Source: Candidatus Latescibacterota bacterium (GTDB taxonomy: Bacteria; Latescibacterota; UBA2968; UBA8231). From it: 64,000 bases of DNA. The notes beneath the pieces were generated by a model. The model was not told the DNA's origin, ran no database searches, and saw only the letters and a program-made list of their open reading frames with translations. The DNA is taken from NCBI GenBank assembly GCA_965217585.1, contig OZ244561.1, positions 5,920,001-5,984,000 on the forward strand, written 5' to 3'. Of this stretch, positions 39,794-48,652 are shown piece after piece. A program made the position numbers and the translations under genes. Numbering within the stretch: the first letter of the stretch is position 1; every line of letters starts with the position of its first letter.

Positions 39794-41145
39794 TTTTGCA
39801 GGGCCTGCCCTATAGCGCGCTGCACCGCGGCCACGTACTGATCCGTGGTACAGCCCCGCACGCGGGTCTCAAAGCCGTGGGCACCAAAGCCGGGGACAAT
39901 CTCTTCGCGGATGCGCTTCTCCGGGTCGTTGAAGTAATAGGGCTGGGTGCGGCGCAGGAACTCGGGCAGGTCCGCCCCCTCGGTGCGATACAGGGCGGGG
40001 TTGGCCAGAATGACTTGGGGCTCGTCGCCGGGTATGGCCGGTCGCCGGGGGACGGCCAGATCGCCCATGAGCACCTCCTCTTTCAGTTCGGGGGCCCAGT
40101 GACTGATGGCGTAGGTCGGACCGGGTTCTATCCACGGGCCAATGCGCCGCCGCACGACGACGAATTCGTACCACTTTTCCAACTCGTCCAGCAAGTGGGG
40201 CGGCAGGCCGCTCTGGTCTTGGTACTGGCTGCGGTCGCCCTGGGCGCGGAGGTGGTTGAAGACCATGAACCAATTGACTAGATCGCGGATGCCGCGGGGG
40301 ACTTTGGTATAGCGCTCAGTGCCCCGGGGACTGCACACGTCCACCAGCACCACGTGGGGCATATGGGCGCTCAAGTGGCGCATGAACTCGGGAGCAAAGC
40401 CATTGCGCTGAAAGCGCTCGGTATAGTGGGGCACGGTCAGGCGCATGGAGAGGTGCGAGGGGGTGCGCTCGTAGCGCACGGCAAAGTCGCCGGCCAAATG
40501 CGGCTCTAGGGGATCGACGACAAAGAGGCGGCCGTAGCGCTCGTTGCCGACCACGACTATAGACCTTTGGGTGTGGGCGCGGAAATGGCGCAGGAAATCG
40601 AGCAGGCCGCGCGCCTCCCAGGCGGCCCGCTGGACTTCGAGGCAGTCCTGGTCGGTCAGGCGGCAATCCTCCTCCTGCTGGGGCGGGAGGATCGCCAAAG
40701 CGTCAAAGGCGCAACGCCGTCCAGCCTCGTCCTGAGGCCAGGTCGGCTGGCGTTTTGCCTCGGAGGCGTAGCGCCGGTACTCCAGTTCCCGCTGCAAAAG
40801 GTCATCCGGGTCGAATTGGCCCAGACTAGTCGCCCGGCGCCGCTGGTCCAAATCGGCGATGCGAGCTTGGATATCGCCGCTGGACAGGTGGCTCACCAAG
40901 GCCGGGGTCAAGGTCACGCCATCGTGGTTCTGGGTGTTTATTCCGGCCATCCAGGCGGCCAGGGTTTCGAGGTGTTTTAGGGCCTGGGCACCGGTGCGGC
41001 CGGCGAAGAAAGGGGTCAAGTCCTGGGTGGGCAGTCCTAGGATTTGGACTGTGGCCGGAGGAATGGACCTTGTTTTCGGGTGGGACAAAGCGGCTAGCTC
41101 CTGTGGCTTGGGCACTTGGGGAGGCGAGTGCCCTTGTTGGTGCAA
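39778..41145 (-). CDS. Hypothetical protein
   Basis: 455-aa ORF co-oriented with and overlapping the FG-GAP gene; no family recognised; start uncertain. Confidence 0.7.
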   Translation of the reverse strand: MHQQGHSPPQVPKPQELAALSHPKTRSIPPATVQILGLPTQDLTPFFAGRTGAQALKHLETLAAWMAGINTQNHDGVTLTPALVSHLSSGDIQARIADLDQRRRATSLGQFDPDDLLQRELEYRRYASEAKRQPTWPQDEAGRRCAFDALAILPPQQEEDCRLTDQDCLEVQRAAWEARGLLDFLRHFRAHTQRSIVVVGNERYGRLFVVDPLEPHLAGDFAVRYERTPSHLSMRLTVPHYTERFQRNGFAPEFMRHLSAHMPHVVLVDVCSPRGTERYTKVPRGIRDLVNWFMVFNHLRAQGDRSQYQDQSGLPPHLLDELEKWYEFVVVRRRIGPWIEPGPTYAISHWAPELKEEVLMGDLAVPRRPAIPGDEPQVILANPALYRTEGADLPEFLRRTQPYYFNDPEKRIREEIVPGFGAHGFETRVRGCTTDQYVAAVQRAIGQALQKCESR

Positions 41146-41171
41146 CTACGGGATTCTCGTACGTTAGCTCT

Positions 41172-41255
41172 ATCATATCTGCTCGGAGAGCGACACGCCA
41201 TGAGCGAAGGAAATATCGCAAAATTCAAGCTGGATAAAAAGAACCCACCGCGTCG
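41172..41255 (+). pseudogene. Remnant of a BrnT/BrnA-type toxin-antitoxin junction
   Basis: IISARRATRHERRKYRKIQAG* (41172-41237) matches the BrnT C-terminal pattern; overlapping ATG 41200 MSEGNIAKFKLDKKNPP resembles a BrnA-type N-terminus; both truncated. Confidence 0.7.
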
Positions 41256-41386
41256 TTGGAATAGGTGCCGGAAGAATTCCAGCGGATGCGCTCCTTTTCC
41301 CCGACGCTCAGCTCCCGGCCCGCCCGGTGGGCTCGTTCGACCAGTTGGCCGGCTACCCCCTCAAGAAAGCGAAATAGGAATGAGTC

Positions 41387-41722
41387 ATGATCTATAAAGT
41401 CGAGAAGGACCAGAGGAATTTAGCCGCTTTTGACGTGCCCGGTGCCACGGTGCAGGTTTCCGATCCCATTATTGGCGTCGGTGACAAACTGTCGGCCGGT
41501 TTTACCGAGTATCTAGAGGCCAGTCGGTTGACGTGGACCTTTGATTACGACGAGGTCTTTTTTATGTTGGAGGGGCGCTTGGAGATCCAAGTCGCGGGTC
41601 AGGAGCCGGTGCAATACGAGGCAGGTGACTTGGGTTATATTGAGAAGGGTACGCAGACGATCATCACCGTGCCGGAACGAGCCTATTTGCTGCATGTCAC
41701 CCACCCAGCGTGGCGGAGGTGA
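41387..41722 (+). CDS. Cupin (EutQ-like) protein
   Basis: LSAGF, WTFDYDEVFFMLEG, AGDLGYIEKG. Confidence 0.85.
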   Translation: MIYKVEKDQRNLAAFDVPGATVQVSDPIIGVGDKLSAGFTEYLEASRLTWTFDYDEVFFMLEGRLEIQVAGQEPVQYEAGDLGYIEKGTQTIITVPERAYLLHVTHPAWRR

Positions 41723-41757
41723 AGGTGACTTTCGAGCCTAGGAGGGCAAGAGAGCGG

Positions 41758-42552
41758 ATGGAAACGACACTGCGCCAAGCATACGACGAGCAGGGCTTTT
41801 GCATTGCCCGCAAGGCCATTGACGCGGGGCTGGCGGCCGAGACGGTGGAGCACGTGCACTGGTTGGTCAAAAAGCATCCGGGCACGCGGCCCGAGCGCCT
41901 GCACCACGAACTGATGGTGCACGATCCCTTTATGCACCGCCTAGTCACCGACGACCGGCTGGTCGATATTGCGGCGCAGTTCCTCGGGCCTAATGTGGCC
42001 ATGTTCGCGGCGCACTATATCGCCAAAAAACCCAGCACCGGCCAAGCCGTGCAGTGGCATCAGGACGGCTCGTACTGGCCCTTGGAGCCGATGGAGGTCA
42101 CCACGTTGTGGGTGGCCGGCACGGACTCGACGGTGGCCAATGGCTGTATGCGGGTTTTGCCGGGAACGCACACCAAGCAATTGCTCAAGCGCAGCGAGAT
42201 GGTCGCTCTCGATACGGACAAATACGTCCTCGGTGTCGGCATCCACCCCGACCATATCGACGATGCCGACGCCGTCGATCTGGAGCTGGAGGCGGGGGAT
42301 ATTTCCATCCACCACCCCAGCATCATCCACGGCTCCAACGCCAATACTTCGGACCAATGGCGGGTTGGGCTTACCCTGCGCTACATTCCGACCAGCACCA
42401 AGGTCACCGTGGATCGCAGCCCGTGCATTATGTGTCGGGGCGAGGTGGTGCCCGCAGTGGGGAACAAGTACGCGCCGCGGCCGCAGTATGTCGAGGGGGA
42501 GCACATGCCCTTTGCTGGGTGCGAGCACTGGAGTTTGCAGACGGCTTCTTAA
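41758..42552 (+). CDS. PhyH family Fe/2OG oxygenase
   Basis: WHQDG, NGCMRVLPGTH, IIHGS, WRVG. Confidence 0.9.
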   Translation: METTLRQAYDEQGFCIARKAIDAGLAAETVEHVHWLVKKHPGTRPERLHHELMVHDPFMHRLVTDDRLVDIAAQFLGPNVAMFAAHYIAKKPSTGQAVQWHQDGSYWPLEPMEVTTLWVAGTDSTVANGCMRVLPGTHTKQLLKRSEMVALDTDKYVLGVGIHPDHIDDADAVDLELEAGDISIHHPSIIHGSNANTSDQWRVGLTLRYIPTSTKVTVDRSPCIMCRGEVVPAVGNKYAPRPQYVEGEHMPFAGCEHWSLQTAS

Positions 42553-42619
42553 CGGGCGTTACTCAGGGCCGTACTGACCCATGTACCCGGTTCGCTCCCC
42601 AGAATTTCCTTTGGAAAAT

Positions 42620-43483
42620 TCACTTGCCAAGCGCGACGTTGCCGTCTGAGTCCACCTGTAAATGCAGCCCCTTGGCTATACTGGAACAGGGGCCGTGCAT
42701 GACGGCGCGTTGCTCGGGTGTCATACCCTCTACGATAGCCTCGTCCCAATAGACTTCCGGCGCTGCTAACTCAATGGAGACGCCAGAGCGGGTGGCGGTG
42801 CGGCTCGCGTACTTGTAGAGTGCGGCGCGGCGCGGCGCATCGCCGGTCCAGGGCAGGGTGCCGTGGGTCTGGGCTCCGTCCATAAAGAAAATGACATCGC
42901 CGGCTTTGAGCGCGGGTTGGTGGACCACGTCCAGCGGCTCGTCGCAGGAGCGCACGCCGGCGGGCATGGGGAATTTGGCTTTGTGGCTGCCCGGTACACA
43001 GGCAAAACCGCCATCGCCGGCCTTGCAGTCGGCCAACTGCCAAGTCACGGTGACGCCAGCGCAGTGGAACTGGCCGTTTTGGTGATGGTAGGCCACGTAG
43101 GGTCTATGGGGTTCACCCGCTCCGTGCAGGATGAGGCCCTCGGTCCCCTTGGGACTGTAGGATACCCAGGGGCCATGGTCGTGGCGGAACCCCTTGCCGC
43201 ACATCGCGTTGAGGCGAGAGACAACTTGGGGATGCACCAGTAGGCGGCGAAAGGGTTCGCAGTGGGGATGGGGCAATTCGAGCAGGTTGGGGAGGGTCTG
43301 TTGGCCGGTGCCTTGGAGCGCGTTCGACTCTCCCCTAGCGCCGCCATTGTCGGGGCTTTGCTGCATTCGCTCCATGCAGTGATCGATAGCGGCGTTGCAT
43401 TCGCTTAATTCCTCAGCGGTGAGGACATTGCGGACGACCAGATAGCCGGTGAGATCCCAAAAGTAGCGTTCGCGCGCATCCAT
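42620..43483 (-). CDS. PhyH-fold Fe/2OG enzyme with HGA in place of HxD
   Basis: GYLVVRNVL, LILHGAG, GGFACVPGSHK, THGTLPW, RRA. Confidence 0.88.
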   Translation of the reverse strand: MDARERYFWDLTGYLVVRNVLTAEELSECNAAIDHCMERMQQSPDNGGARGESNALQGTGQQTLPNLLELPHPHCEPFRRLLVHPQVVSRLNAMCGKGFRHDHGPWVSYSPKGTEGLILHGAGEPHRPYVAYHHQNGQFHCAGVTVTWQLADCKAGDGGFACVPGSHKAKFPMPAGVRSCDEPLDVVHQPALKAGDVIFFMDGAQTHGTLPWTGDAPRRAALYKYASRTATRSGVSIELAAPEVYWDEAIVEGMTPEQRAVMHGPCSSIAKGLHLQVDSDGNVALGK

Positions 43484-43484
43484 T

Positions 43485-44354
43485 TTAGCCCTCCGCAATC
43501 CAGGTTTTTTGGCCGTCGGATTCCAGTAGGGGCAGACTCTTATGGTGGACGCCCGGCCCGTAGAGGACGGCTTGTTGTTGGGGCGTGAGTTCGTCGGTCC
43601 AGGTGCCGTAGCGCGCCTGTGGGGTGAAGTGTTTGCCCGTAGCTCGGGCCGCGCCCCGGGAAGCGTATTTGTAGAGTACGGAGCGCCGTGGATTTTTGCC
43701 CTTCCAGGGCAGGGTGCCGTGGGTGGCGGTCTCGGCGAAAAAGAGGACGTCGCCGGCGCGCAGGGCGGGTTGGACGACCAAGTCCCCGTACTCTGCGAGC
43801 GAGCGGATCTCGGGCGGGGTTGGCTCGCAGGTTTTGTGGCTCCCGGGGATTACGGCAAAGCCGCCGTCTCCGGGGTTGCAGTCGGTTAGTTGCCAGGCCA
43901 CGGTGATGCCCCGGCAGTAGATTTTGCCGTTTTGCTGGTGATACCAAGTGGCGGGGCTAAAAGGCTCGCCCGAGCCGTGCAGGTAATGCCCTTCAGTTCC
44001 CTCGGTGGCGCTGATGAGCAGGGGGCCGTGATCGAGGCGAAAGCCCGGACCGCTGAATTCGTTGAGGCGCGAGACGACGGTGGGATGGACCAGCAGGCGG
44101 CGAAAGGGTTCGCGGTAGGGGGGTGGCCAACCGAGCATGCCGGTGAGTTGCTGGCGGCTGGTAGTGCCTTGCAGCGCACGCGACTCGCGGGCGAGGGTGC
44201 CGGGGTAGGCGGCGATCTGGTCGGCGAAGTGGTCGATGGCGGCGTTGCATTCGCCTACTTCCTCGGCGGTGAGGGCGTTGCGAACCACGAGGTAGCCGCG
44301 CAGGTCGAAGTAGTATTTCTCTTCTTCTGAGACCGTATAGAGGTATTTGTCCAC
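43485..44354 (-). CDS. PhyH-fold Fe/2OG enzyme with HGS in place of HxD (tandem paralogue)
   Basis: GYLVVRNAL, YLHGSG, GGFAVIPGSHK, THGTLPW, RRS. Confidence 0.88.
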   Translation of the reverse strand: MDKYLYTVSEEEKYYFDLRGYLVVRNALTAEEVGECNAAIDHFADQIAAYPGTLARESRALQGTTSRQQLTGMLGWPPPYREPFRRLLVHPTVVSRLNEFSGPGFRLDHGPLLISATEGTEGHYLHGSGEPFSPATWYHQQNGKIYCRGITVAWQLTDCNPGDGGFAVIPGSHKTCEPTPPEIRSLAEYGDLVVQPALRAGDVLFFAETATHGTLPWKGKNPRRSVLYKYASRGAARATGKHFTPQARYGTWTDELTPQQQAVLYGPGVHHKSLPLLESDGQKTWIAEG

Positions 44355-44365
44355 GGCTTTGCTCC

Positions 44366-44413
44366 TTTGACATCAACATCTTCATCGAGATACAGTTCGG
44401 CAAACAAACTCAT
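44366..44413 (-). pseudogene. Truncated DUF5615-type PIN toxin (N-terminal ~15 codons only)
   Basis: ATG overlaps the DUF433 stop; reads MSLFAELYLDEDVDV then runs into the RBS of the PhyH gene. Confidence 0.7.
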
Positions 44414-44694
44414 TGAGTTGGCTGTACAAGTGGGTCAATCAATCTGTGGGGAATGCGATTTTCTTCAATGTATTTCTGTATTTCCTCTTGGTGGTCGCTG
44501 TAATAACTCAGGGCATCAAAAACCTGTCCCAAAGACAAATGCGGAAGGTGGTTTGGAATGTCTTCAGGGTGTGTGCCCAAACGCCAGATTTCGACAATCG
44601 CACGAACCGGCGTACGCGTATCTTTGACGATAGGCTCTCCACCTAGAATCTGATCATCTGTCACGATGTAGGGATGTTCGGTTGTTTGGGCCAT
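44410..44694 (-). CDS. DUF433 antitoxin-like protein
   Basis: ILGGEPIVKDTRTPV...LPHLSLGQVFDALSYY. Confidence 0.9.
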   Translation of the reverse strand: MAQTTEHPYIVTDDQILGGEPIVKDTRTPVRAIVEIWRLGTHPEDIPNHLPHLSLGQVFDALSYYSDHQEEIQKYIEENRIPHRLIDPLVQPTQ

Positions 44695-44914
44695 GAAATA
44701 CCTTTTTGTTTTTGGGTTCAGGAATCACGTACATCCAATGAGCGTTGGCAATCCCACCACCTGCCAGTTCGTCCTCCGACGGGCGGCGCGGGCGGCTCCA
44801 CCAGAAAACATAAGGGAGGGGTAAAGGCGTTGGCAATAGAGCATTTAGCGCGGTGCGTAAGCCGTCGTTGGTCGGGGCCGCGATGGTGTTCTCAAGCATG
44901 AGCGTGGTGATGAG

Positions 44915-45034
44915 TCGCGCCAAGAGGCCGAGTCCTGGTGCCAGCCCTGCGCCGTGCTGCCGGTGCCCAACTCGCCCAAGAGCTGACGCCGCACCGGGTC
45001 GCACCCCCGGCAAGACTTCCGGGGCTTGGTGCTC
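44915..45034 (-). repeat. Decayed direct copy of PhyH gene segments 62128-62168 and 62674-62755
   Basis: 44915-44955 matches 62128-62168 at 39/41; 44952-45034 matches 62674-62755 with a few mismatches and +1 nt; joined at CCGT microhomology. Confidence 0.9.
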
Positions 45035-45464
45035 AGGCTGGGGCCTCGGCCCGTTCCAGCAGCTTGGCGAAGTCGTAGTTGACGCTGGTGCCGCCAAAGT
45101 CGGGTTCGCGCTGGAAGGGGTGGCGCAAATAGCTAACGCAGTGCCTGCCGTCGTCCAAAAACTCTACTAGGGTGAGAATGAAGTCGTCGGGTTTATTGAG
45201 GCTGTAGAGAATTTCGTTTTTGGTCACCGTGATGGTCGCCGCCCCGCTTGCGCGGCCCTTGACCTCGATAAAGCGCAGCCGCCCCGTGCCGGGCACCCGC
45301 GACTCGATATCGTAGCCGAGTTTGTCAAACTCCCGATCCGTCGGCTCGTAGCCGAGGCTGCGTTCTACTTCCATGATAATAGCCCGCGCCCGTGCGGCAA
45401 CTTTCTGCGTATCCACAGGCGACCGACGTCCTGCCATGGTGTCTACCAGTCCCCGCGGCACCAC
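45033..45464 (-). pseudogene. DUF3883 (PD-(D/E)xK-like nuclease) C-terminal domain detached from the helicase
   Basis: GYDIES...FIEVKG...TKNE; same frame as 45522-48644, separated by the 81-bp insertion. Confidence 0.85.
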
Positions 45465-45467
45465 TAA

Positions 45468-45548
45468 TACCGATTTGACTTTTTAGTGTCCTAATTACCC
45501 TCTTCTCTTGGGGGAGACTTATTAGGACAGACGATTAGCAAAACGGTA
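45468..45548. mobile_element. 81-bp MITE-like insertion with a TAA/TTA target-site duplication
   Basis: TAA at 45465-67 and 45549-51; imperfect ~28-bp TIRs TACCGATTTG..TGTCCTAAT / TACCGTTTTG..TGTCCTAAT; AT-rich; removal restores GGLL-VVPRG. Confidence 0.88.
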
Positions 45549-48500
45549 TAACAAGCCCCCGAGCACCACCGGCGGTAACGGCGAGAGTTGTGCTTCGAGT
45601 TTCAATTCCTGTAGCCTCTTGTGCAGCCGAGTCTGCAACGCATCGGCCCGTTTACGGGCTTCGTCCGAGTTGAGCCGAGCACCACTGACGCCAGCCTTCT
45701 CCTGTAGCTTGAGTTGTTCGGCGCGGTGATCCCAGTAGGAGATTTCCTTGGTCAGACGGTCCTTGACCGCGGCCTCGGTCTTGGCGATCAGCGCCAGCTT
45801 AGGATCGCGGCCTTGGGCTAGATGTTCGGGGACGACTTGAGCCACTGCATAGGCTTGCGCCTGCTGCTCCATTTCTCGGTTGATCCACGCGCATTCCGGC
45901 CGCTCCAAGATGGCCTCGACACTAGGCTCGTCTTGGGCCAGCGGCCGATAGTCCAAGTAGGGGGCGTAGTGCAGGTGGCGGGCGTTGCCAGCGGCGTCAA
46001 TTTCGACGTAGAGCATCTGCTTGGAGACCATCCGGCGGTCGCCCGCCCGCGTCCGGCCCGCGTCTTGAATGGCGTGTTCGAGATAGAAAAGTACTCGCGG
46101 TGTCTGCCCCGGATCGCGCTCGTCAATGAGCACTGCGCCGCGCTTGAGCAGATCGCGGTGCTGCTCCAGCGTCAGGTCGAGGACGGCGTCCAGCAAGGGG
46201 TGTCCCGGGCAAACAAAGGCTGCCGTTGGTTGGCCGGGGGGAGTAACCAGCGACTTGTCGAAGGCGATCCGTTCGTAGCGGGGGAGCACACTTTGGTTGC
46301 GGATCGGCGGGGGGACATGCGTAACCTCGTAGCGGCGCGGCTCACGCTGCCGGGCCGAGCCACCGATTTGCTGGAACGCCTCCAAAAAAAACGCCTCAAT
46401 GTAATGTGGCTGTAGGCGGCGCGCCTCGGCCCGCTCCATCTCTTCGCGCACCCTCTGCACACGGCTGGCGTCCATCGCGTCATGGACGAGTTGATGCTCC
46501 TCCAGCAGGTCCTGCAGCGAGCTATGGTCGAGTGCCTGATCGACCGCGGTGTCGAGGCGTGCGCGAACTTCTGGCTGCTCGCCGTAGCGGATGGCTTCGA
46601 GCAGAAGGTCGCGCAACGGCCGCCCCTCGAATTCGAGCTTGCCGAGTACGTCAAACACCTGACCGCCCAGGGCTTGCCGCGCCTGTTCTAGTTTAGTCAG
46701 CAGTCGCTGGTAAACATCACCCTCGCGGGTTTGGTCCGCGACCAGATTCCACAGATGGCACACTTCCGTCTGACCGATTCGGTGGATGCGGCCGAAGCGC
46801 TGCTCTAGGCGGTTCGGGTTCCAGGGGAGGTCGTAGTTGACCATCAGGTGCGCTCGCTGGAGGTTGATCCCTTCGCCAGCGGCATCGGTGGCCAGCAGCA
46901 CCTGTACCGCTGGGTCGTGGCGGAAGGCTTCCTGCGCTTGGTGGCGATCCTCGCGGGCCATGCCCCCGTGAATGATTACTACCGACTCTGCACGTCCAAG
47001 CAACGTGGTGATGCGGTCTTGCAGGTAGCGGAGTGTGTCGCGGTGCTCCGTGAAGAGCACCAGCTTCTGTGTAGGGGAGGACATTGGACGCGGGATTTCG
47101 CCACTGCCGTAGGGAGCTGTCGGTTCCCCGATCTGGCCCGCTATACCCGCCGTCGTAAAGACCTCGCTGAGCAGGCTGGCAAGTTCCCGCCACTTCGCGT
47201 CTCCACCGCGGCGACGGACGTCAAGCGCACGATTTTCCAGCATCTTCAGGGTGTCGATTTCCGCCTTCAACTCGGTGATGGAGCGGGCGGCGGTCGCTTG
47301 GTCGAGGATGCGCGTTTCGGCGGCTTCGACCTCGTGCCCTGGTGCGTCGTCGAGATCCTCGATGTCTTCGGCATCAAGCTCTGTGACTGTGGACGCGGCC
47401 AAGCCGGGACGCCGGGACTCCTCCAACTCGCATAGGCGGCTCTCCAAACGCTCTCGTCGTCGGCGCAGCGACTGGTAGATCGCCTCGGGAGACGAAGCGA
47501 GCCGCCGCTGGAGGATCGTCAGGGCGAAGCCGACCGTGCCGGCCCGCTTGGCGTTGGCGAGTGCATCCGCCCGATTGAACTCCTCCCGCACATAGTCGGT
47601 GACTGCCTCGTAGAGCTGGGCTTCCGCCTCTGAGAGCTGGTACGGCACGGTGTAGGCTATGCGCTCGGGAAACAGCGGCTTGCCGTCGAACTTGAGCAGC
47701 CGCTCCTTGACCATGCGCCGCATCAAGTCCGAGACATCGGCCACATGGACGCCATCGCGGAAGCGGCCCTCAAAGCGATCGCTGTCGAGCAGCGCCATGA
47801 AGAGTTGGAAGTCTTCTTCCTTGCCGTTGTGCGGTGTTGCCGTCATCAGCAGGAAGTGGCGCGTCAATGTCGATAATAACTGTCCCAGCCGGTAGCGTTT
47901 CGTGTAGTGGATCTCGCCCCCGAAGAAACTGGCCGACATCTTGTGCGCCTCGTCGCATACTACCAGATCCCAGCCCGTGTCCGGCGCTTGGAGCTTCTGC
48001 TGGACCTGTTCGTCGCGCGCTAGTTTGTCGAGGCGTGCGATGACGAGGTTGGCCTCCAAAAACCAGTTGCCGGTGCGGGCGGCTTCGAGCTTGTCGTTGG
48101 TCATAATTTCAAAGGGCAACTGGAAGCGCTGAGAGAGTTCGTCCTGCCATTGCTCGGCGAGGCTGCCGGGGCAGACGATCAGGCATCGCTCGAGGTCGCC
48201 GCGGGCGATCAACTCCCTGATGAGTAGGCCCGCCATGATGGTCTTACCGGCACCCGGATCGTCGGCGAGGAGGAAGCGCAGCGGCTGGCGCGGCAGCATG
48301 GATTCGTACACCGCGGTGATCTGATGGGGCAATGGCTCGACGACCGAGGTGTGGACCGCCAGCACGGGATCGAACAGATGCGCGAGGCGGATGCGCAGGG
48401 CCTCGGACACCAGCCGGAACAGGGCCCCATCGCCGTCAAAGCTCCACGGCTGCCCCTGTTCTGCCACTTCGAGCCGCGCCTCGTCAGAGCGGTAGAGCAG

Positions 48501-48644
48501 TTCATTGGCCACCTTGCCGTCCGGTGTCTTGTAGGTCAGTTCTAGAGCTTCGGAGCCAAACCACTGCACGCTGACGACCACCACGAGGCCATCGGTGAGA
48601 ATGCCGCGCACTGCGGCGTTAGGCTGGAGGTCTTCGAGCGTCAC
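45522..48644 (-). CDS. SNF2-family helicase of a DUF499/DUF1156 restriction-like system (truncated by the MITE)
   Basis: LADDPGAGKT, DEAH, TATPH, TDAAGEGINLQ, EQRFGRIHRIGQ. Confidence 0.92.
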   Translation of the reverse strand: MTLEDLQPNAAVRGILTDGLVVVVSVQWFGSEALELTYKTPDGKVANELLYRSDEARLEVAEQGQPWSFDGDGALFRLVSEALRIRLAHLFDPVLAVHTSVVEPLPHQITAVYESMLPRQPLRFLLADDPGAGKTIMAGLLIRELIARGDLERCLIVCPGSLAEQWQDELSQRFQLPFEIMTNDKLEAARTGNWFLEANLVIARLDKLARDEQVQQKLQAPDTGWDLVVCDEAHKMSASFFGGEIHYTKRYRLGQLLSTLTRHFLLMTATPHNGKEEDFQLFMALLDSDRFEGRFRDGVHVADVSDLMRRMVKERLLKFDGKPLFPERIAYTVPYQLSEAEAQLYEAVTDYVREEFNRADALANAKRAGTVGFALTILQRRLASSPEAIYQSLRRRRERLESRLCELEESRRPGLAASTVTELDAEDIEDLDDAPGHEVEAAETRILDQATAARSITELKAEIDTLKMLENRALDVRRRGGDAKWRELASLLSEVFTTAGIAGQIGEPTAPYGSGEIPRPMSSPTQKLVLFTEHRDTLRYLQDRITTLLGRAESVVIIHGGMAREDRHQAQEAFRHDPAVQVLLATDAAGEGINLQRAHLMVNYDLPWNPNRLEQRFGRIHRIGQTEVCHLWNLVADQTREGDVYQRLLTKLEQARQALGGQVFDVLGKLEFEGRPLRDLLLEAIRYGEQPEVRARLDTAVDQALDHSSLQDLLEEHQLVHDAMDASRVQRVREEMERAEARRLQPHYIEAFFLEAFQQIGGSARQREPRRYEVTHVPPPIRNQSVLPRYERIAFDKSLVTPPGQPTAAFVCPGHPLLDAVLDLTLEQHRDLLKRGAVLIDERDPGQTPRVLFYLEHAIQDAGRTRAGDRRMVSKQMLYVEIDAAGNARHLHYAPYLDYRPLAQDEPSVEAILERPECAWINREMEQQAQAYAVAQVVPEHLAQGRDPKLALIAKTEAAVKDRLTKEISYWDHRAEQLKLQEKAGVSGARLNSDEARKRADALQTRLHKRLQELKLEAQLSPLPPVVLGGLLYRFANRLS

Positions 48645-48652
48645 TTCCCGCC

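Noticed and set aside
44915-45034. Diversity-generating retroelement template/variable repeat pair
   Set aside because: Differences are not adenine-specific, the copy is a deletion fusion of two genes, and no reverse transcriptase is present
44654-45097. 147-aa ORF as a real gene
   Set aside because: It is a chance read-through of fused relic fragments and overlaps DUF3883 and DUF433 out of frame
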